From assembly GCA_963841435.1 (NCBI GenBank), contig CAWJCS010000003.1, forward strand, positions 416,001 through 480,000: DNA of 64,000 nucleotides. Reading direction: 5' to 3'. The DNA comes from an uncultured delta proteobacterium (GTDB lineage: Bacteria; Myxococcota_A; Polyangia; Polyangiales; Polyangiaceae). A model generated the notes under the pieces. The model saw nothing but the letters and a program-made list of their open reading frames with translations, made no database searches and was not told where the DNA came from. Every line of letters starts with the position of its first letter. Position 1 is the stretch's first letter. Made by a program: the position numbers and the translations under genes. Below, one piece after another: positions 9,832-20,464 of the stretch.

Positions 9832-10512
9832 CTACGGCGGCACGGCGATGGGCGTCCGCTCGTCGGGGTCCAGGCTGCCGTTTGCGTTCCCATCGAGGTA
9901 GAGCGCGACGGCGTGGGGCGTCGCCGCCTCGAGCGCCGTGAGTCGGTCGAGATTGTGGTCGGCGTCAACGAGCACACTGCCGTTTTCGGTGGTCGCGCCG
10001 GCGAGATCGGCGGCGTCGAGCCACAGACCGAGATCGAACGCGATGACGGCCTGACGCGGGGGGAACGCCGCCGCGTCGAGCACGAGGTGGTGGGCGAGCT
10101 CGCTCTCAATCCGGAAGGGAAGGGCATCGCCGCGGATGCCCTCGACGACGAGCGTGAGCCCGGCGAGCTCGGCCGGCTCACCGAGGGACGACGGCCCGAG
10201 CTCGAGCACGACGCCGCACGCCTCTGCGCCTGCGTTCGCGAATCGTGGACGCGCGGAACCGGAGAGCAGATCGACGGCAATCGCTTCGCCAATCCGCGGC
10301 GCATCCCCGGCGGTGCACGCCGAGAGCTCCGTGCTCGGCAGCGAGACCCACGTTCGAGATAGCGTGACATCGGCAGGCAGCGAATCGGGCAGTGCCGTGA
10401 CGAGCGGCCCGATTTCACTGCCCGGGTTGCCCGTCTCGGTGCCGGAGCCGCAGCCGAGGGCGCCGCCGCACAGCGCGAGCGCGGGCACGAGGCGCGCGAC
10501 GATCCAATTCAC
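9832..10512 (-). CDS. Hypothetical lipoprotein (GTETGNP motif after lipobox)
   Basis: MNWIVARLVPALALCGGALGC-GSGTETGNPG. GTGA overlap with the upstream TIGR02147-like gene. Confidence 0.75.
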   Translation of the reverse strand: MNWIVARLVPALALCGGALGCGSGTETGNPGSEIGPLVTALPDSLPADVTLSRTWVSLPSTELSACTAGDAPRIGEAIAVDLLSGSARPRFANAGAEACGVVLELGPSSLGEPAELAGLTLVVEGIRGDALPFRIESELAHHLVLDAAAFPPRQAVIAFDLGLWLDAADLAGATTENGSVLVDADHNLDRLTALEAATPHAVALYLDGNANGSLDPDERTPIAVPP

Positions 10513-11393
10513 GTGCGCTCCTCGTCGGGCCGCGACAGTGGGAACAGCTGGAAATTCATTTGCACGACCTGGCGCGGGTCCTCCTCGAGCGCGGACAGCT
10601 CGAGCAGCTCGCGGCGGAAGCGCTGGACGCGCTCCTTCAGCCGACGGAGGCCATCGCCGCCGAGGCAGAGCGTGAGCGCCGAAATGTCGCGCTGATCGGG
10701 GGGAACGGCGTCGATCGAGGCACTCGCACGCTCGAGCATCACCCGATGGTAGCTCGCCACCTGCACGCTCCTGACCTCCGGACCGGTCGAGACGAGCACG
10801 TCGCCCTGGATGACCCGCCCGCCCGGGCCCTGCACGAGCAGTCCCAGAGAGAGCAGCGTCTGCAGAGCGTGGGTTGCCTCCGCCGGAGCGATGGCGGGCC
10901 ACAGCATGCCCGCGATCCAGTGGGGATCGGCGCGAAAGTCAGCGCGTGCCGCGAGCTCGCGCACGGCGGGCAGGTACCAGGTGGAGTGATACGCGGCGAA
11001 CGCGGCATCGAGCGGTCGCGCCTTCTGAAAGCGGCGAAACCCCGTGAGTCTCGCGTAGTGATCCGCGCGGTCAACCGTCGAGGTGGCGCGGTCGAAGCGC
11101 ACGAGCTCGGCGAAGTAGAGCGCCGCGTCGCCTGTGAGGCCGGCGGCCTTGGCGAACCGCGCCGCCATCTTGTCGGTGAGATTGCGCTGCCGGTCGATGA
11201 CGAGCTTCAGATAATTGGGCGAGCCGAGCCCCGCGCGACGGGAGAACGAACGGTACGACTGCCCGCGACGCTTCTTGCGATCGAGGTAGTAGTCGCGAAG
11301 AAAGGCGCGGTGGTCCAGGTAATCGAACACGTCGACGGCCCTGCCTTCGGGCGTCGTCGGGGCCAGGGGGTCGCGAGGCCGCAGGGGCACCAC
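10509..11393 (-). CDS. TIGR02147/DUF4423 family protein (N-terminal HTH-like)
   Basis: VFDYLDHRAFLRDYY...SYRSFSRRAGLGSPNYLKLVI..RNLT, STWYLPAVREL, RDISALTL, VVQMNFQLFPLS. Start uncertain. Confidence 0.85.
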   Translation of the reverse strand: MVPLRPRDPLAPTTPEGRAVDVFDYLDHRAFLRDYYLDRKKRRGQSYRSFSRRAGLGSPNYLKLVIDRQRNLTDKMAARFAKAAGLTGDAALYFAELVRFDRATSTVDRADHYARLTGFRRFQKARPLDAAFAAYHSTWYLPAVRELAARADFRADPHWIAGMLWPAIAPAEATHALQTLLSLGLLVQGPGGRVIQGDVLVSTGPEVRSVQVASYHRVMLERASASIDAVPPDQRDISALTLCLGGDGLRRLKERVQRFRRELLELSALEEDPRQVVQMNFQLFPLSRPDEERT

Positions 11394-11397
11394 AACA

Positions 11398-11467
11398 GTA
11401 TACGTTTGATCGAAAATTATCGAGCAATTTGGCGAACCGCTCGATAAGTCATCATTGCAGCGTATAC
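11398..11467. promoter_or_regulatory. AT-rich nested inverted repeat upstream of the TIGR02147-like gene (candidate operator)
   Basis: TTATCGAGC (11417-11425) / GCTCGATAA (11439-11447) is a perfect 9-bp IR. It is flanked by GTATACG (11398) / CGTATAC (11461) about the same axis. Confidence 0.55.
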
Positions 11468-11550
11468 GATATGGGGCAGCGCCCGGCGGCTCGTGGAGCC
11501 GCATCGTGGCGTCGGCGCCGCCTCGGTCGCCCGAGACGCGCGTGTGGGGC

Positions 11551-12207
11551 TCACTGCATGTCGAGCGTGACGGAGTCGGTGCCCTGATTTCCGTCGGAGT
11601 CCGTGACGGTCAGCGTGATGACCTGCAAGCCCGCCTGGGTGAGCGACTTGTTGAACATCTCACCGGTTCCAATCTGTCCTTCGAGACTGCTCGTCCACAC
11701 GAGCGCCGAGCCCGTCAAGGCGCCGTCCTCGGCGTCGGTCCCCACGCCGATGAACGGAATGGAGGCGTTCACGGCGCGCATTTCGCCGTCCCCGGGATGA
11801 TTGATCGTCGCGACGGGCGCGCTGCCGACGATGCCCGAGCTACCGCCTTCGCCCGAAGAACCAGTATCACCCGCTGCCGCGCCCGTCCCGCCATCAGCGC
11901 CGGCTGCGGAGCCCGCTTCGCCACCGCTACCGTTGCCACCCGTGCCCACCGCACCGCCTCGCCCCGCCTGGGCGCCAGCGGAACCCCCGGCGCCACCCCT
12001 GCCCGCCGTGCCGCCACCGCCGCCCTTGCCCGCGGTCGTGCCTCCGCTTCCGGAGCTACCGCCCGATGCACCACCCTTGCCGCCCGACGCGCCGCCCGAC
12101 GCTGGCGAACCACCGGATCCGGCCACGAACGCGTCGTCATCGCCGCCGCAGGCAGCGAAGGTCAACGCACAGACTGGAAAAACAGCCAAAAGCAAGCTCG
12201 TTCGCAT
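11551..12207 (-). CDS. Gly-rich lipoprotein with C-terminal PKD/Ig-like domain
   Basis: MRTSLLLAVFPVCALTFAAC lipobox, Gly/Ser linker, then APVATINHPGDG...GTDAEDGAL...WTSS...ITLTVTDSDG. Confidence 0.8.
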   Translation of the reverse strand: MRTSLLLAVFPVCALTFAACGGDDDAFVAGSGGSPASGGASGGKGGASGGSSGSGGTTAGKGGGGGTAGRGGAGGSAGAQAGRGGAVGTGGNGSGGEAGSAAGADGGTGAAAGDTGSSGEGGSSGIVGSAPVATINHPGDGEMRAVNASIPFIGVGTDAEDGALTGSALVWTSSLEGQIGTGEMFNKSLTQAGLQVITLTVTDSDGNQGTDSVTLDMQ

Positions 12208-12386
12208 GGACGCTCTCCTCGGTTTCGGATCGGCGCGCCACGTCGGGCGTGAGCACCAAACCACAACGGATCGTACCTCGCGAACGGGAGAACGAGGGAC
12301 GAAAGCAGCGGAAAGCGCGAGCTTTTCGCATACTGCTTGTATACGGCCGGTTGCGGGTAAGAACGCTCCGCCCCATAGACCGCCCC

Positions 12387-13052
12387 ATGACTCTCTCGAT
12401 CGTGACGGGCGCGAATCGAGGCATCGGCCTCGCGCTCGTGGAATTGTTGAAGCAACGTGGGCATTCGGTGCTGGCTGCGTGCCGGCGCTCGTCGCCCGCG
12501 CTCGAGAAGCTCGGCGCCACCGTCGTTTCGGGTGTCGAGGTGACGGAAGACGCGGGCATCCAACAGCTAGTCGACGCCGTGGGCGACCAGAAGGTCAACC
12601 TGCTCGTCAACAACGCGGGCATCCTGCTCTCGACGGGTTCGCTGCCCGAGCTCGACGCCCAAGGCATCCGCAAGCAGTTCGAGGTCAATGCGCTCGCACC
12701 GCTGCGCATCACGGCGGCGCTTCTGCCGCGGCTGAGCGTCGGCTCGAAGGTCGCGCTCATCACGAGCCGCATGGGCTCGATCGACGACAACGGCTCGGGC
12801 GGCTCGTACGGCTATCGCATGAGCAAGGCCGCGCTCAACATGGCGGGAAAGTCGCTGGCCGTCGATCTCAAGCCGCGCGGCATCGCCGTCGTCATCCTCC
12901 ATCCCGGCATGGTGAAAACGGAGATGATCGCGGGCCACGGGCAGGTCGAGCCGCTCGATGCGGCGCGCGGCCTGCTCGCACGCATCGACAACGTCACGCT
13001 CGAGACGACCGGCAGCTTCCTCCACGCGAACGGCGAGCGCCTACCCTGGTAG
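12387..13052 (+). CDS. Short-chain dehydrogenase/reductase (CsgA/C-factor-like subfamily)
   Basis: TGANRGIG, NNAG, ITSRMGSIDDN, YGYRMSKAALNM, LHPGMVKTEM. Confidence 0.9.
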   Translation: MTLSIVTGANRGIGLALVELLKQRGHSVLAACRRSSPALEKLGATVVSGVEVTEDAGIQQLVDAVGDQKVNLLVNNAGILLSTGSLPELDAQGIRKQFEVNALAPLRITAALLPRLSVGSKVALITSRMGSIDDNGSGGSYGYRMSKAALNMAGKSLAVDLKPRGIAVVILHPGMVKTEMIAGHGQVEPLDAARGLLARIDNVTLETTGSFLHANGERLPW

Positions 13053-13266
13053 CCGCCCGTCGAGCGCGAGCAACGCGCCTCTCCCGCCCGTGGAACCGCC
13101 GCTCCCGAAGGCACCGAGATCGGGCGCACCCGGGAGTCTTCATGGCTGTTGTCCGCTTCAGAGGGAAATTTCCGCCCCGCTTGCAGATGATCCGCGAACC
13201 GCGGACCGCGCCAGCCGACACGCGCGGTGGCGGGCACCGACGCGCGCGGGCAGCATGCCTGGCTCG

Positions 13267-14295
13267 ATGAGCACGTCGAGCTCCGAGCCCCCGACTGCCT
13301 CCGCTCGCACCTGCGGCTGCGACAAGCCGCCGCGACGCGTGTGCGACGTGTGCCGCACGGCCGACGCGGCGTTCATCGCGTGCTCGCACGCGTGCCTCGA
13401 CGCGCACCTCGTCGCCGAGCATCCGGACGTCGAGCGAAGCGCTTCGGCGCGCGCGCGTGCCTACCAGAAGGCGATGAACGACCGCGCGGTCAACGACTGG
13501 GAGCGCTTCGCCTCCCATCGTCGGCGCGTCACCGACATTGCGAGCGCACGCGCGGCCGGACCGAGCCTCTGCATCTTCGGCGTCGGCAACGGCTCGGACG
13601 TCAATCTTGCCGACCTTTCGACGACGTTCGACAGCCTGGATCTCGTCGACCTCGACGGAAGCGCGCTCGAGCGCGCCAGCGCCCGGCTACCCGAGGCGCT
13701 ACGGGAGCGCGCGCGGCTGCACGCCAACGTCAACCTGTCGGGCTTTCTCGACGAGCTCGACAGCGCGAGCGACGGCATCCCCGAGAGCGAGATCGCCGTG
13801 CGGGCCGTGGCCGCGGCGCGCGGCGTCGTCGAGCGGCTGGGACGGCGCTTCGACACCACGCTCTCGACCTGCGTCTTGAGCCAGCTCATGCTCCCCTACC
13901 AGCGCGCCTGGGCGAGGACCGGCACGGAATGGGCGGCCCTCGAAATGGCGCTCACGGCCCTGCACCTCTCGACGCTCACGGGCGCAACACGAGCCGGCGG
14001 TACCTGCATCCTCGTGTTCGACGTGCTCTCGTCGAAGGACCTGCCGAGGCTCGCGGACCTCGTCGGCACGAGCAGCGACGACCTCGCGACCTTCGTGGCG
14101 CGCGAAACCTCGTCCGGTGAGATCCCTCTCAGACCCGATCCCCATGCTTTCCTCGAACAGCTCAAGTTGCCAGCGCTCGCGTCGATGATCGCGGAGCCAC
14201 GCTTGACGACTCCCTGGCTCTGGCAGCTCCACGATGCAGTCCAGCTCGTGTGGGCGCTCGTTTACCGCTGCCCGGGCACCACCACCGACGATTGA
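13267..14295 (+). CDS. Hypothetical protein: N-terminal Cys/His zinc finger plus SAM-methyltransferase-like domain
   Basis: CGC...CDVC...CSHAC..AH...EH, then LCIFGVGNGSD, LDLVDLD, FDTTLSTCVLSQL. Start 13255 or 13267. Confidence 0.65.
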   Translation: MSTSSSEPPTASARTCGCDKPPRRVCDVCRTADAAFIACSHACLDAHLVAEHPDVERSASARARAYQKAMNDRAVNDWERFASHRRRVTDIASARAAGPSLCIFGVGNGSDVNLADLSTTFDSLDLVDLDGSALERASARLPEALRERARLHANVNLSGFLDELDSASDGIPESEIAVRAVAAARGVVERLGRRFDTTLSTCVLSQLMLPYQRAWARTGTEWAALEMALTALHLSTLTGATRAGGTCILVFDVLSSKDLPRLADLVGTSSDDLATFVARETSSGEIPLRPDPHAFLEQLKLPALASMIAEPRLTTPWLWQLHDAVQLVWALVYRCPGTTTDD

Positions 14296-14350
14296 GCGGC
14301 TTGAGCCCGCCCGGTGCGGGGGATATGTGTGGGGTAGAGAGGCGAGCCAG

Positions 14351-16745
14351 ATGCTCAACACCGTTCGGGTGCCAGACAAGTTCGCACCGCTCTTCGAGCA
14401 CGCGCAGAGCTACGTCACCCGGTATTTCGCCGATCAGCATTCGGCACCGGAACGCGGAACCCTCGAAATCAGTGGCCAACGCTACATGCTCGTGCGCGCC
14501 GCCTCCATGTCGGTCGAGTTCTACGACATGGTGCGCCACTACTACCGCGAGGACCAGGAGGCGCGCGCGGTCGCGCACGCGTTGCTCTTCGACGTCGCCC
14601 ACGCCATGGGTCTCGCCGACGCCCGCGCCTTCGCCGAGCGCATGGACGTCACGGACCCCATCGCTCGCCTCTCCGCGGGGCCCGTGCACTTCGCCCATGC
14701 CGGCTGGGCGTTCGTCGAACATCTCGGCCGAGAGCAATCCTTCGCCGGACGAGAACTACTACCTGCTCTACGATCACCCGTACTCGTTCGAGTCCGACTC
14801 CTGGCTGAACGCCAAGAAGCCGAGCACGCACCCCGTGTGCGTGATGAACACCGGCTACTCGTCGGGCTGGTGCGAGCATGCGTTCGGTCTACCGCTCGTC
14901 GCCACGGAGATCCTCTGTCGGGCCAAGGGTGACGAAGCGTGCCGCTTCATCATGGCGCCGCCAGATCGGATCCGCGACCACGTCGCTCGCTACGTCGAGC
15001 GCCACCCCGAGCTTGCGACACGCATCGTGAGCTATCAAATTCCTGGCTTCTTCAGCGCGCGCACCGATCCGCAGCTCGTGAGGAAGAACATCGAGCTCGA
15101 ACGCGGCGCTCAAGAACGCGCGCGCGAGCTCGCCGCCATCAACGAGGAGCTGCAGCGTGACATCGCGCAGCGCAAGCGCACCGAGGCGGCTCTCAGCGCC
15201 AGCAAGGAGCTCAACGAGCGGCTCATCGAGGCGCTGCCGGGCGGCGTCGTCCACGTCGCGCGCGACGGCACGATGCTGAAGGCGAACCCCGAGGCGCTGC
15301 GCATCCTGGGCGTGAGCTTCGACGAGCTCAAGACGATGCGCCCCGAGGACTTCGGGCGCGTGACCCTGGCCGAGGACGGCTCGCCCGTGAAAGCCTCCGA
15401 CTACCCCATGATGCGCGCCATCGAGACGGGCCTGGTCCAGCCCGCCATGACGATCGGCGTGCGCAAGCCCGGCGGAGACATCTCGTGGGCCGTCTTTCGA
15501 GCGGTGCCGACGCGAGACATCGACACCCAGGAGGTGTCGGGGGCGGTCGTGACGTTTTTCGACATCACCGAGCGCAAGCACTTCGAGGACAAGCTCCGCC
15601 ACACGCAGAAGCTCGAAAGCCTGGGGCTCCTCGCCGGGGGCATCGCGCACGACTTCAACAACCTGCTCGTCACGATCCTGGGCAATGCGAGCCTCGCGCG
15701 CACCATGCCCGAGTGCGACCCGAAGATCGTCGAGCTCCTCGACCAGGTCGAGAGCGGGGCGAGGCGCGCCGCCGAGCTCACCAAGCAAATGCTCGACTAC
15801 GCGGGCCGGGGGCGTTTCTCGGTCGAGCGAGTCAGCCTGCCCGATCTGGTGCGCGACATGGTGCAGCTGCTCAAGGCCATGATCCCCAAGCACGTCGAGC
15901 TCCACTGTCATTTTCGCGAGGGACTACCCAGCGTCGAAGCGGACCCGGAGCAGGTGCGGCAGGTGGTGATGAACCTCATCACGAACGCCGCCGAGGCGAT
16001 CGGCGAGCGGCCAGGCAAGGTCGTGATCAAACTCTCCGAGCGCTACGTGTCCGACCAGGAGCTCGAGCACTACCTTCGGGAAGGCGCACCCGCCGCCACC
16101 TACCTCTGCCTGGAGGTCGAGGACGACGGTGACGGCATGGGTCAGGAGACGCTTTCGCGCATCTTCGACCCGTTCTTTACGACCAAATTCAAGGGAAGGG
16201 GCCTCGGATTGGCGGCGGTGCTCGGCATCGTGCGGACGCACCGAGGGGCCATCCGCGTGGAAAGCCGGCAGGATGCCGGCACTCGAGCGATCGTGCTCTG
16301 GCCCGAGCGGTCCCGGGCGACGTCGAGCACCGCCCTCGCGAGCCCCGGCCACGGCACGATCCTCGTCGTCGATGACGACGACGGGGTCCGAGCGGTCGCC
16401 GAGCGGGGCCTCACGCAGCGGGGCTACCGTGTGCTCACGGCGAGCAACGGGGCGGACGGCCTGCGCCTGCTGGCACGCCACCGCGGGGAAATCAGCCTCG
16501 CGCTCGTCGATGTGACCATGCCCGGCATGAGCGGTTTCGACCTCTTGAAGGAGCTGCGCGCGCAGGGCGGCGTAACGCCCGTCCTCTTGAGCAGCGGCTA
16601 CGACGTGGACCCGTCGCGCGTCGAAGCCGCTGGCTCCAGCGGGATCCTTGCGAAACCCTACGACGTGTCCGAGCTCTTGGCGGCGGTGTCTCGCATCCTG
16701 GGTGCCCCACCGCGCCCTGGCGCGCCGCCGGGTGAGCCGAAATGA
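14351..16745 (+). CDS. Hybrid sensor histidine kinase (XylR-N/V4R, PAS, HisKA, HATPase, REC) with +1 frameshift near 14718
   Basis: Frame 1: MLNTVRVP...GTLEISGQRYMLVR...HFAHAGWAFV. Frame 2: ISAES...PVCVMNTGYSSGW...EILCRAKGDEACRF, PAS, AGGIAHDFNN, FFTTKFKGRGLGL, ILVVDDDD. Removing one A from gtcgaacatc joins the frames. Confidence 0.88.
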
Positions 16746-16978
16746 CGGGCCCCGGACACCCCGGTGGTGGGGCGGCCCGTGTGTCCCACACTCCTAGCAG
16801 GCCGCGAGCTTCGGACTTTGCCGGCTCCCAGCGAATCAGACCACCCATCCGTGACACGCGGCGTCACTAGCAATGTTGTCGCGTGCAAACTCACAACGCC
16901 TGCTAAAGTAGGTGTCGCGGTACTAATTCGCGCCTGCTCCTCCGGGCGCGTCCCTCCCTTTCCACCAAAGGTGCTCCC

Positions 16979-18317
16979 GTGAACCAAACTAGCATCTCCC
17001 GCCTCGCGATGTCCGTCACCGCCCTCGCGTTCGCCGCCTACGCCTGCAGCAGCAACACGGGGGAGCTGCCCGGAACCGGCTTCAACGGCGGCGCCACGTT
17101 GAACGGGTGGCACGGGGACGGGCGGAATCTTGGGCAGCGGCGGTGCCACGGGCGGCAGCACGACGGGCGGCGGGGCTGGAACGGGCACCGGCGGGTCGAT
17201 CGGTGTTGGCGGCTCGATCTCCGTCACGGGTGGCTCTGCCGGAATGGACCAGGTGGATCCGGACACGGCATGCGGCATGGGGGAGGCGAACGCCAATCTC
17301 AAGCCGGTCAACATGCTCGTGATGTTCGATCGCTCCGGCTCGATGCTCGATTGCAGCGATGGCACGGACCGCAGCAACCAGGAGCTCTGCCCGTCCGGTC
17401 CTTCGCGCTGGGACACGGCGTCGGCCGCACTCAAGGCGTTCTTCGCGGACCCTGGCGCCGACGGGCTCGGCGTGGCGCTGCGCTTCTTCCCGCACGATCT
17501 GCCGGCAGCGGGTTGCCAGGGCGGCAACCAGGGCGCGTGCGACGCCAACGCCTGCGCACAGCCCCTCGTCGACATGGGCACGCTCATGGTCGACCCCGCG
17601 CCGACCGACGCCCAGGAAGCAGCGCTCGTGAGCGCGGTCGACGCTTCGGGCCCGGACATGCCCGGCATGCAAGGGGGAAACCAGGGCGGTGGAACGCCGA
17701 TCATGGCGGCTCTCGATGGAGCCCTCACCTGGGCGAGCGCCTACCAGATGGCCAACCCCGACCAGCGCACCGTCGTCGTGTTCGTGACGGACGGCGCCCC
17801 CAACGGCTGCGGCAACAACTTCGGCCAGATCGCCCAGCTCGCCGCGGACGCGCTCGCGAACGCCGGCGTCAGCACCTACATGATCGGCCTTCTCGACACG
17901 AACGGCATGGGCGTCAACCAGCAAGACATGGACCGCGTCGCGGCCGCCGGCGGCACCATGCAGGCGTTTTACGTGAGCGACGGCCAGCAGGCGACGCAGC
18001 AGCTCATTGACGCGTTCAACGCCATCCGGGGCAGCGCCATCAGGTGCGACTTCGACGTACCTACCTCCACCTCCTCGGGGGCCCTCATCAACCCCAAGCT
18101 CATCAACGTGAACTACACGCCGGGCGGTGGGACGGAAGTGCAGCTCGGCCTGGTCGACGGTCCTGACGCCTGCGCAGACAAGCAGGCCTGGTACTACGAC
18201 GACCCCGCCAACCCGACCCAGATCCTGCTCTGCCCCGCCGCTTGTGACACCGTCACGGCCGACGAAGGCGCCCAGATCACCATCCTCGCCGGTTGCCAGC
18301 CGCGACCCGTACCCTGA
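16979..18317 (+). CDS. von Willebrand factor A domain lipoprotein, +1 frameshift near 17105
   Basis: Signal/lipobox MNQTSISRLAMSVTALAFAAYAC in one frame. Gly linker and MIDAS motifs (FDRSGSM, TPIMAAL, VFVTDGAP) in the next. Extra G in aacgggtggc. Confidence 0.8.
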
Positions 18318-18421
18318 GGGCATGACCCCCGGGCGGGGGCTGACTCGGCTGTCAGGGCCGCCTTCGACAGCGGGGCGCGGCGTCTGATAATCTGAGGGTC
18401 TTTTTCCCACTACGGGGCTGG

Positions 18422-18436
18422 GGCACGCGGCTTGCT
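18422..18436 (+). promoter_or_regulatory. Candidate sigma54 (-24/-12) promoter of the MYXO-CTERM gene
   Basis: GGCACGCGGCTTGCT, GG-N10-GC, about 30 nt before the ATG and a ggagga RBS. Confidence 0.65.
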
Positions 18437-18466
18437 CAGAGCCTTCCCCGGAGGAGACCAAGGCGC

Positions 18467-20401
18467 ATGCGATACGTCACCGTGATCCCCTGGGCGCTCG
18501 GCGCACTGTTCATGACAGGAGCCGCCGAGGCGGAGCCGCTCTTCGACCTGTCGGGGCGCGTTGCGCTGCTCGATGGCGCGGTCCCCAGCGGCGTCCACGC
18601 GACGGTCGGCCTCGACCTCGACCGCGACGGCACGCTGAACAGCTTCGAGCTCGTGAACATCGACATAGGCGACGACGGCAGCTACGCGGTGAGCTACACG
18701 CCCGATCCGACGAAGGTAGACTTCGAGTTCATCGCGTTCGTCACCCAGCTCGCCGCAAACTACGAGCAGAACGGCTTCGATGCCGTGCTCGAGGACGGCC
18801 CGCTGCCCGTCGTCGTCAAGCTCGAGCGCGAGGGCTACTCCACGGTCGTCAAGCGTTTCACGACGCTTTCGCAGGCCCCTACGCTCAACGTCGTGATGGC
18901 GCCGCTCGCGACCATCGGCTGCACCCTCGGCGTCTGCTCCGCGGGCGACGGGAGCGTCAGCATCCAAGGCTTCCCGGGGGGCACCGGGATCGATCGCGCC
19001 TTCGCGAGCGCCTACGACCCCGGCCTCGACACGCGGCTGTTCCCGGGCGCGTTCACCGACACGAGCTCGAACCTGCTCGTCTCGAGCGGGTTCACGCAAA
19101 TCAATCTGCACGACGCGAACGGCAACAAGGTCACCTCGCTGTCGTCGCCCGTCACGGTGCGGTTCCGCGCCAACCCGGCCTCCTACGCCACGCTGCGCGA
19201 TCTTTCGCCGGGCAGCTCGGGCATCGAGGTCCCGATGTACAGCTTCGACGAGGACGTGGCCGACTGGGTGGCGGAGGCGAACGGCGAGCTCGTCGACGCG
19301 GACGGCGTGCGCATTGCCGAGGACGAGCTCGATGCCATCCACGACGGGTCGTACCAGGACCCCGTGTACATCTCGTTTTTGACGCGCCACTTCTCGACCT
19401 TCAACTGCGACGCACCCATCACCCGCCGCGCCTGCGTGAAGGGACGGATCGTGACGGACGTCGGTGACGCGATCGCGAACGTTCAGGTCGCCGTGAGCGG
19501 CGTGAGCTACACGGGCTCGGCGGGCACGGTCGTGACGGGCGTAGACGGCTACTTCGCGAGCGATCTGATGAAGAGCGAGCTCTCGAGCGAGGACGTCGAT
19601 AACAACGGCAAGCAGGGCGAGACGTTCCGAGCGCAGGTGGCAATCGACGGCGCGCTCGGCGTGTACGTCGGGGCGTCGTTCGACACACCGACCGTTCAGG
19701 GCACGATCGGCCGCACGACGTCGTGCCGGCCCGCGGACTGCGACTGCGTCGACATCGGCGACATCGTGCCCCAATTCGAGCTGCCGCGTGCGTGCACCAT
19801 CACCGTCCGCGCGACCTACTCCGGCAGGAGCACGATCGGCTCCGGCGGGCCGCTCGCCGAGGGCGACGCCGTCGTCGGCGCCACGCTCTCGGGTCAGCTC
19901 ACGGGCTCGCTCGGCAGCGGACCCGCCAATGCCGCCGCCTGCGCGGGCGAGCCGTGCGGCGCGGCCGCCGCGGACGCGAGCGGCCAGGCGACGTTCGTCG
20001 TGCCCGTCCTCGGCGACGAGCCGCACATCCAAGTGAAGGCGAGCTACCAGACCAAGGTCGACGGCACGCTGCACTGGTACGACGCGTCCGCCACCGTCCA
20101 GGGCTGCGCAAGTGGCGATGCCGAGCTCAGCGGCAGCGTCGATCTCGAGCTCACCCACATGGCCCTCGACGGCCTCGGTGACTTCATCGGGTCGCTCGGA
20201 TCGGGGCCGTCCTCGGGCGGCACCGGGGGCGGTGGTGGGCTTTTCGACGACCCCCTCGGACGTGACGATCCCGCCGCAGCCCCGAGCTGCGGCTGCCGCA
20301 CGGCGGGGAGCTCGTCACCCTCGGGGTTTCCCGCCCTTTTCATTTCGCTCGCCGCGGTCGGCGCGCTCGGTTGGCGACGCCGTGGCGCGCCGACTGCATG
20401 A
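18467..20401 (+). CDS. Secreted surface protein with MYXO-CTERM sorting signal
   Basis: N-terminal signal peptide, beta-rich body, and C-terminal SCGCRTAG-linker-hydrophobic helix-WRRR. Confidence 0.82.
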   Translation: MRYVTVIPWALGALFMTGAAEAEPLFDLSGRVALLDGAVPSGVHATVGLDLDRDGTLNSFELVNIDIGDDGSYAVSYTPDPTKVDFEFIAFVTQLAANYEQNGFDAVLEDGPLPVVVKLEREGYSTVVKRFTTLSQAPTLNVVMAPLATIGCTLGVCSAGDGSVSIQGFPGGTGIDRAFASAYDPGLDTRLFPGAFTDTSSNLLVSSGFTQINLHDANGNKVTSLSSPVTVRFRANPASYATLRDLSPGSSGIEVPMYSFDEDVADWVAEANGELVDADGVRIAEDELDAIHDGSYQDPVYISFLTRHFSTFNCDAPITRRACVKGRIVTDVGDAIANVQVAVSGVSYTGSAGTVVTGVDGYFASDLMKSELSSEDVDNNGKQGETFRAQVAIDGALGVYVGASFDTPTVQGTIGRTTSCRPADCDCVDIGDIVPQFELPRACTITVRATYSGRSTIGSGGPLAEGDAVVGATLSGQLTGSLGSGPANAAACAGEPCGAAAADASGQATFVVPVLGDEPHIQVKASYQTKVDGTLHWYDASATVQGCASGDAELSGSVDLELTHMALDGLGDFIGSLGSGPSSGGTGGGGGLFDDPLGRDDPAAAPSCGCRTAGSSSPSGFPALFISLAAVGALGWRRRGAPTA

Positions 20402-20464
20402 CCGGAAAAATCCAAAGCTTTCGTAGCGATCGAGCGGCGTCGCATTTCTGATAAAGTCGTCGCA

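Noticed and set aside
12387-13052. Assigning the gene symbol csgA
   Set aside because: It belongs to the same SDR subfamily, but orthology to the M. xanthus C-signal gene cannot be shown without phylogeny.
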